DNA of 63,785 nucleotides, filler included, from Octopus bimaculoides (Eukaryota), in NCBI RefSeq assembly GCF_001194135.2. It is 6 parts of 5 records of this genome, joined end to end, with 100 filler letters (N's around TTAATTAATTAA, not from the genome) between each part and the next. Parts side by side here need not be neighbours in the genome. Positions count along the whole stretch, not along the records: positions 61,737 to 63,785 come from NW_026407391.1; 5 more parts are not named here. One strand, given 5' to 3'. Below the pieces are notes generated by a model. The model worked only from the letters and a program-made list of their open reading frames with translations, had not been told where the DNA came from and did not search any database. The position numbers and the translations under genes were made by a program. Every line of letters starts with the position of its first letter. Positions within the stretch are counted from its first letter, which is position 1. Of the stretch, positions 61,637-63,785 are shown in pieces.

Positions 61637-63785
61637 NNNNNNNNNNNNNNNNNNNNNNNNNNNNNNNNNNNNNNNNNNNNTTAATTAATTAANNNNNNNN
61701 NNNNNNNNNNNNNNNNNNNNNNNNNNNNNNNNNNNNAATGTAGAGACATATAGAGCACAGTATTATAACTATCACATTCCGTTCACGTGTTTTGGCAAAC
61801 TATCTTGCATGTGATGTAGAAAAATAAGAATTTAGACAGCATAATATCTACATTCCGTTTGTATATTACTGGCATTTCTTTTAAGACAATTACTTAAGTG
61901 GGATAACATTGAAGTAATCGGGAAATGGAAGGCAATGTAGTAGTTGTCATCCTCGGTGCTACACCGCATTCGACGTACTTACTTGACTGAAGCCTTTACT
62001 TTTTTTTATCTCTTTCAAAATAAAGACTAAAGAGTATATATGTTACCATTGTAAAAATGGATACACACNNNNNNNNNNNNNNNNNNNNNNNNNNNNNNNN
62101 NNNNNNNNNNNNNNNNNNNNNNNNNNNNNNNNNNNNNNNNNNNNNNNNNNNNNNNNNNNNNNNNNNNNNNNNNNNNNNNNNNNNNNNNNNNNNNNNNNNN
62201 NNNNNNNNNNNNNNNNNNNNNNNNNNNNNNNNNNNNNNNNNNNNNNNNNNNNNNNNNNNNNNNNNNNNNNNNNNNNNNNNNNNNNNNNNNNNNNNNNNNN
62301 NNNNNNNNNNNNNNNNNNNNNNNNNNNNNNNNNNNNNNNNNNNNNNNNNNNNNNNNNNNNNNNNNNNNNNNNNNNNNNNNNNNNNNNNNNNNNNNNNNNN
62401 NNNNNNNNNNNNNNNNNNNNNNNNNNNNNNNNNNNNNNNNNNNNNNNNNNNNNNNNNNNNNNNNNNNNNNNNNNNNNNNNNNNNNNNNNNNNNNNNNNNN
62501 NNNNNNNNNNNNNNNNNNNNNNNNNNNNNNNNNNNNNNNNNNNNNNNNNNNNNNNNNNNNNNNNNNNNNNNNNNNNNNNNNNNNNNNNNNNNNNNNNNNN
62601 NNNNNNNNNNNNNNNNNNNNNNNNNNNNNNNNNNNNNNNNNNNNNNNNNNNNNNNNNNNNNNNNNNNNNNNNNNNNNNNNNNNNNNNNNNNNNNNNNNNN
62701 NNNNNNNNNNNNNNNNNNNNNNNNNNNNNNNNNNNNNNNNNNNNNNNNNNNNNNNNNNNNNNNNNNNNNNNNNNNNNNNNNNNNNNNNNNNNNNNNNNNN
62801 NNNNNNNNNNNNNNNNNNNNNNNNNNNNNNNNNNNNNNNNNNNNNNNNNNNNNNNNNNNNNNNNNNNNNNNNNNNNNNNNNNNNNNNNNNNNNNNNNNNN
62901 NNNNNNNNNNNNNNNNNNNNNNNNNNNNNNNNNNNNNNNNNNNNNNNNNNNNNNNNNNNNNNNNNNNNNNNNNNNNNAGCTGAAGGCATTTTTTAAAATT
63001 CTGAATTTATTCTGTCACAAATACCTTGTATTTTATAGCAAAACAATGTCATTATCACTTTGAAAAGCGAAGTAGCAAAAAATCACAAGATAAAGGAATA
63101 ACGAAATAAATAAAAATAAAAATATAAAATAAAATAAAAACAAATAAAAGTAGAACTATCTTAAAGGCATGCAATGCATTATATATCATGTCTTCAGCCT
63201 TGTTATATTCAGTGTCACTGCTTGATTTTAATGGTTATTTGCCAGATTTTGAATGTATATTATACAGAGATCAATGAAAATTTAAATTTGGCTAATTTTG
63301 TTGTCATTTACAGGAAATAGTACAATGCACTTTTTAATGTAGCGTTCTATTCTACAGCCACTGAAGCTTAAAATTAGTTCAAGCTCATTACAGCTTTGGC
63401 TGCAAAGCTGGTCAGAGATTGTTACGGTACATTACTCTTTCTTGTATGTTTATGAGGATAGCAGCGCTGTGGTGTAAATGTATCGGACCAATGTAATCTC
63501 TATATTTGCATGTATGTATGTATGTATGTATGTTTGTATGTATGTATGTATGTATGTATGTATGTATATATGTACGTACGTATGTACAATCTTACCGACT
63601 CTACTTTCGTAAATATTAAGTCAATCTACATCTATATTTGCATGTAAATGCCTTCATTTTTCAAACACCATCTGTAAAATCCCTAAGCCTTGTGTTCTGT
63701 TCTGTTCTTTCTTTTCGTTTACCTTTGTTCCTTTCTTTCATTCTCTCCACCCCACATCTTCTCTCTCTCTCTCTCTTTATATATA

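Noticed and set aside
10960-61692. TTAATTAATTAA embedded in N runs, five times (near 10960, 17241, 32116, 37425 and 61681)
   Set aside because: An identical 12-mer in the middle of gaps is scaffolding or padding inserted by the assembly, not a biological motif or repeat array.

Overview
AT-rich, heavily gapped, repeat-saturated animal genomic DNA. It is almost certainly an octopus draft assembly; this is an inference from the abundant octopus-type tRNA-derived SINEs, (TAA)n-associated R4/Dong-like LINEs and dense microsatellites. I find no intact, recognisable host gene, rRNA, tRNA or CRISPR array. Most listed ORFs are read-throughs of microsatellites or N gaps. The window holds: (i) three chains of 5'-truncated R4/Dong-like restriction-endonuclease (RLE) non-LTR retrotransposons separated by (TAA)n tracts (2.8-4.7, 37.5-41.0 and 58.0-61.6 kb), one chain including a 557-bp non-coding element; (ii) decayed RTE, Penelope, mariner and probable piggyBac relics; (iii) about 11 SINE copies of three families; (iv) several MITE or fold-back elements; (v) two collinear copies of a Helentron/DINE-1-like composite element. 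The most unusual structures are a 1.56-kb fold-back of two head-to-head Penelope RT relics with near-identical outer arms, a covarying 3'-UTR hairpin shared by four divergent TAA-associated LINE families, and the non-coding TAA-flanked element. All family assignments are by motif recognition and manual translation, not by database search. Coordinates of decayed elements are approximate.
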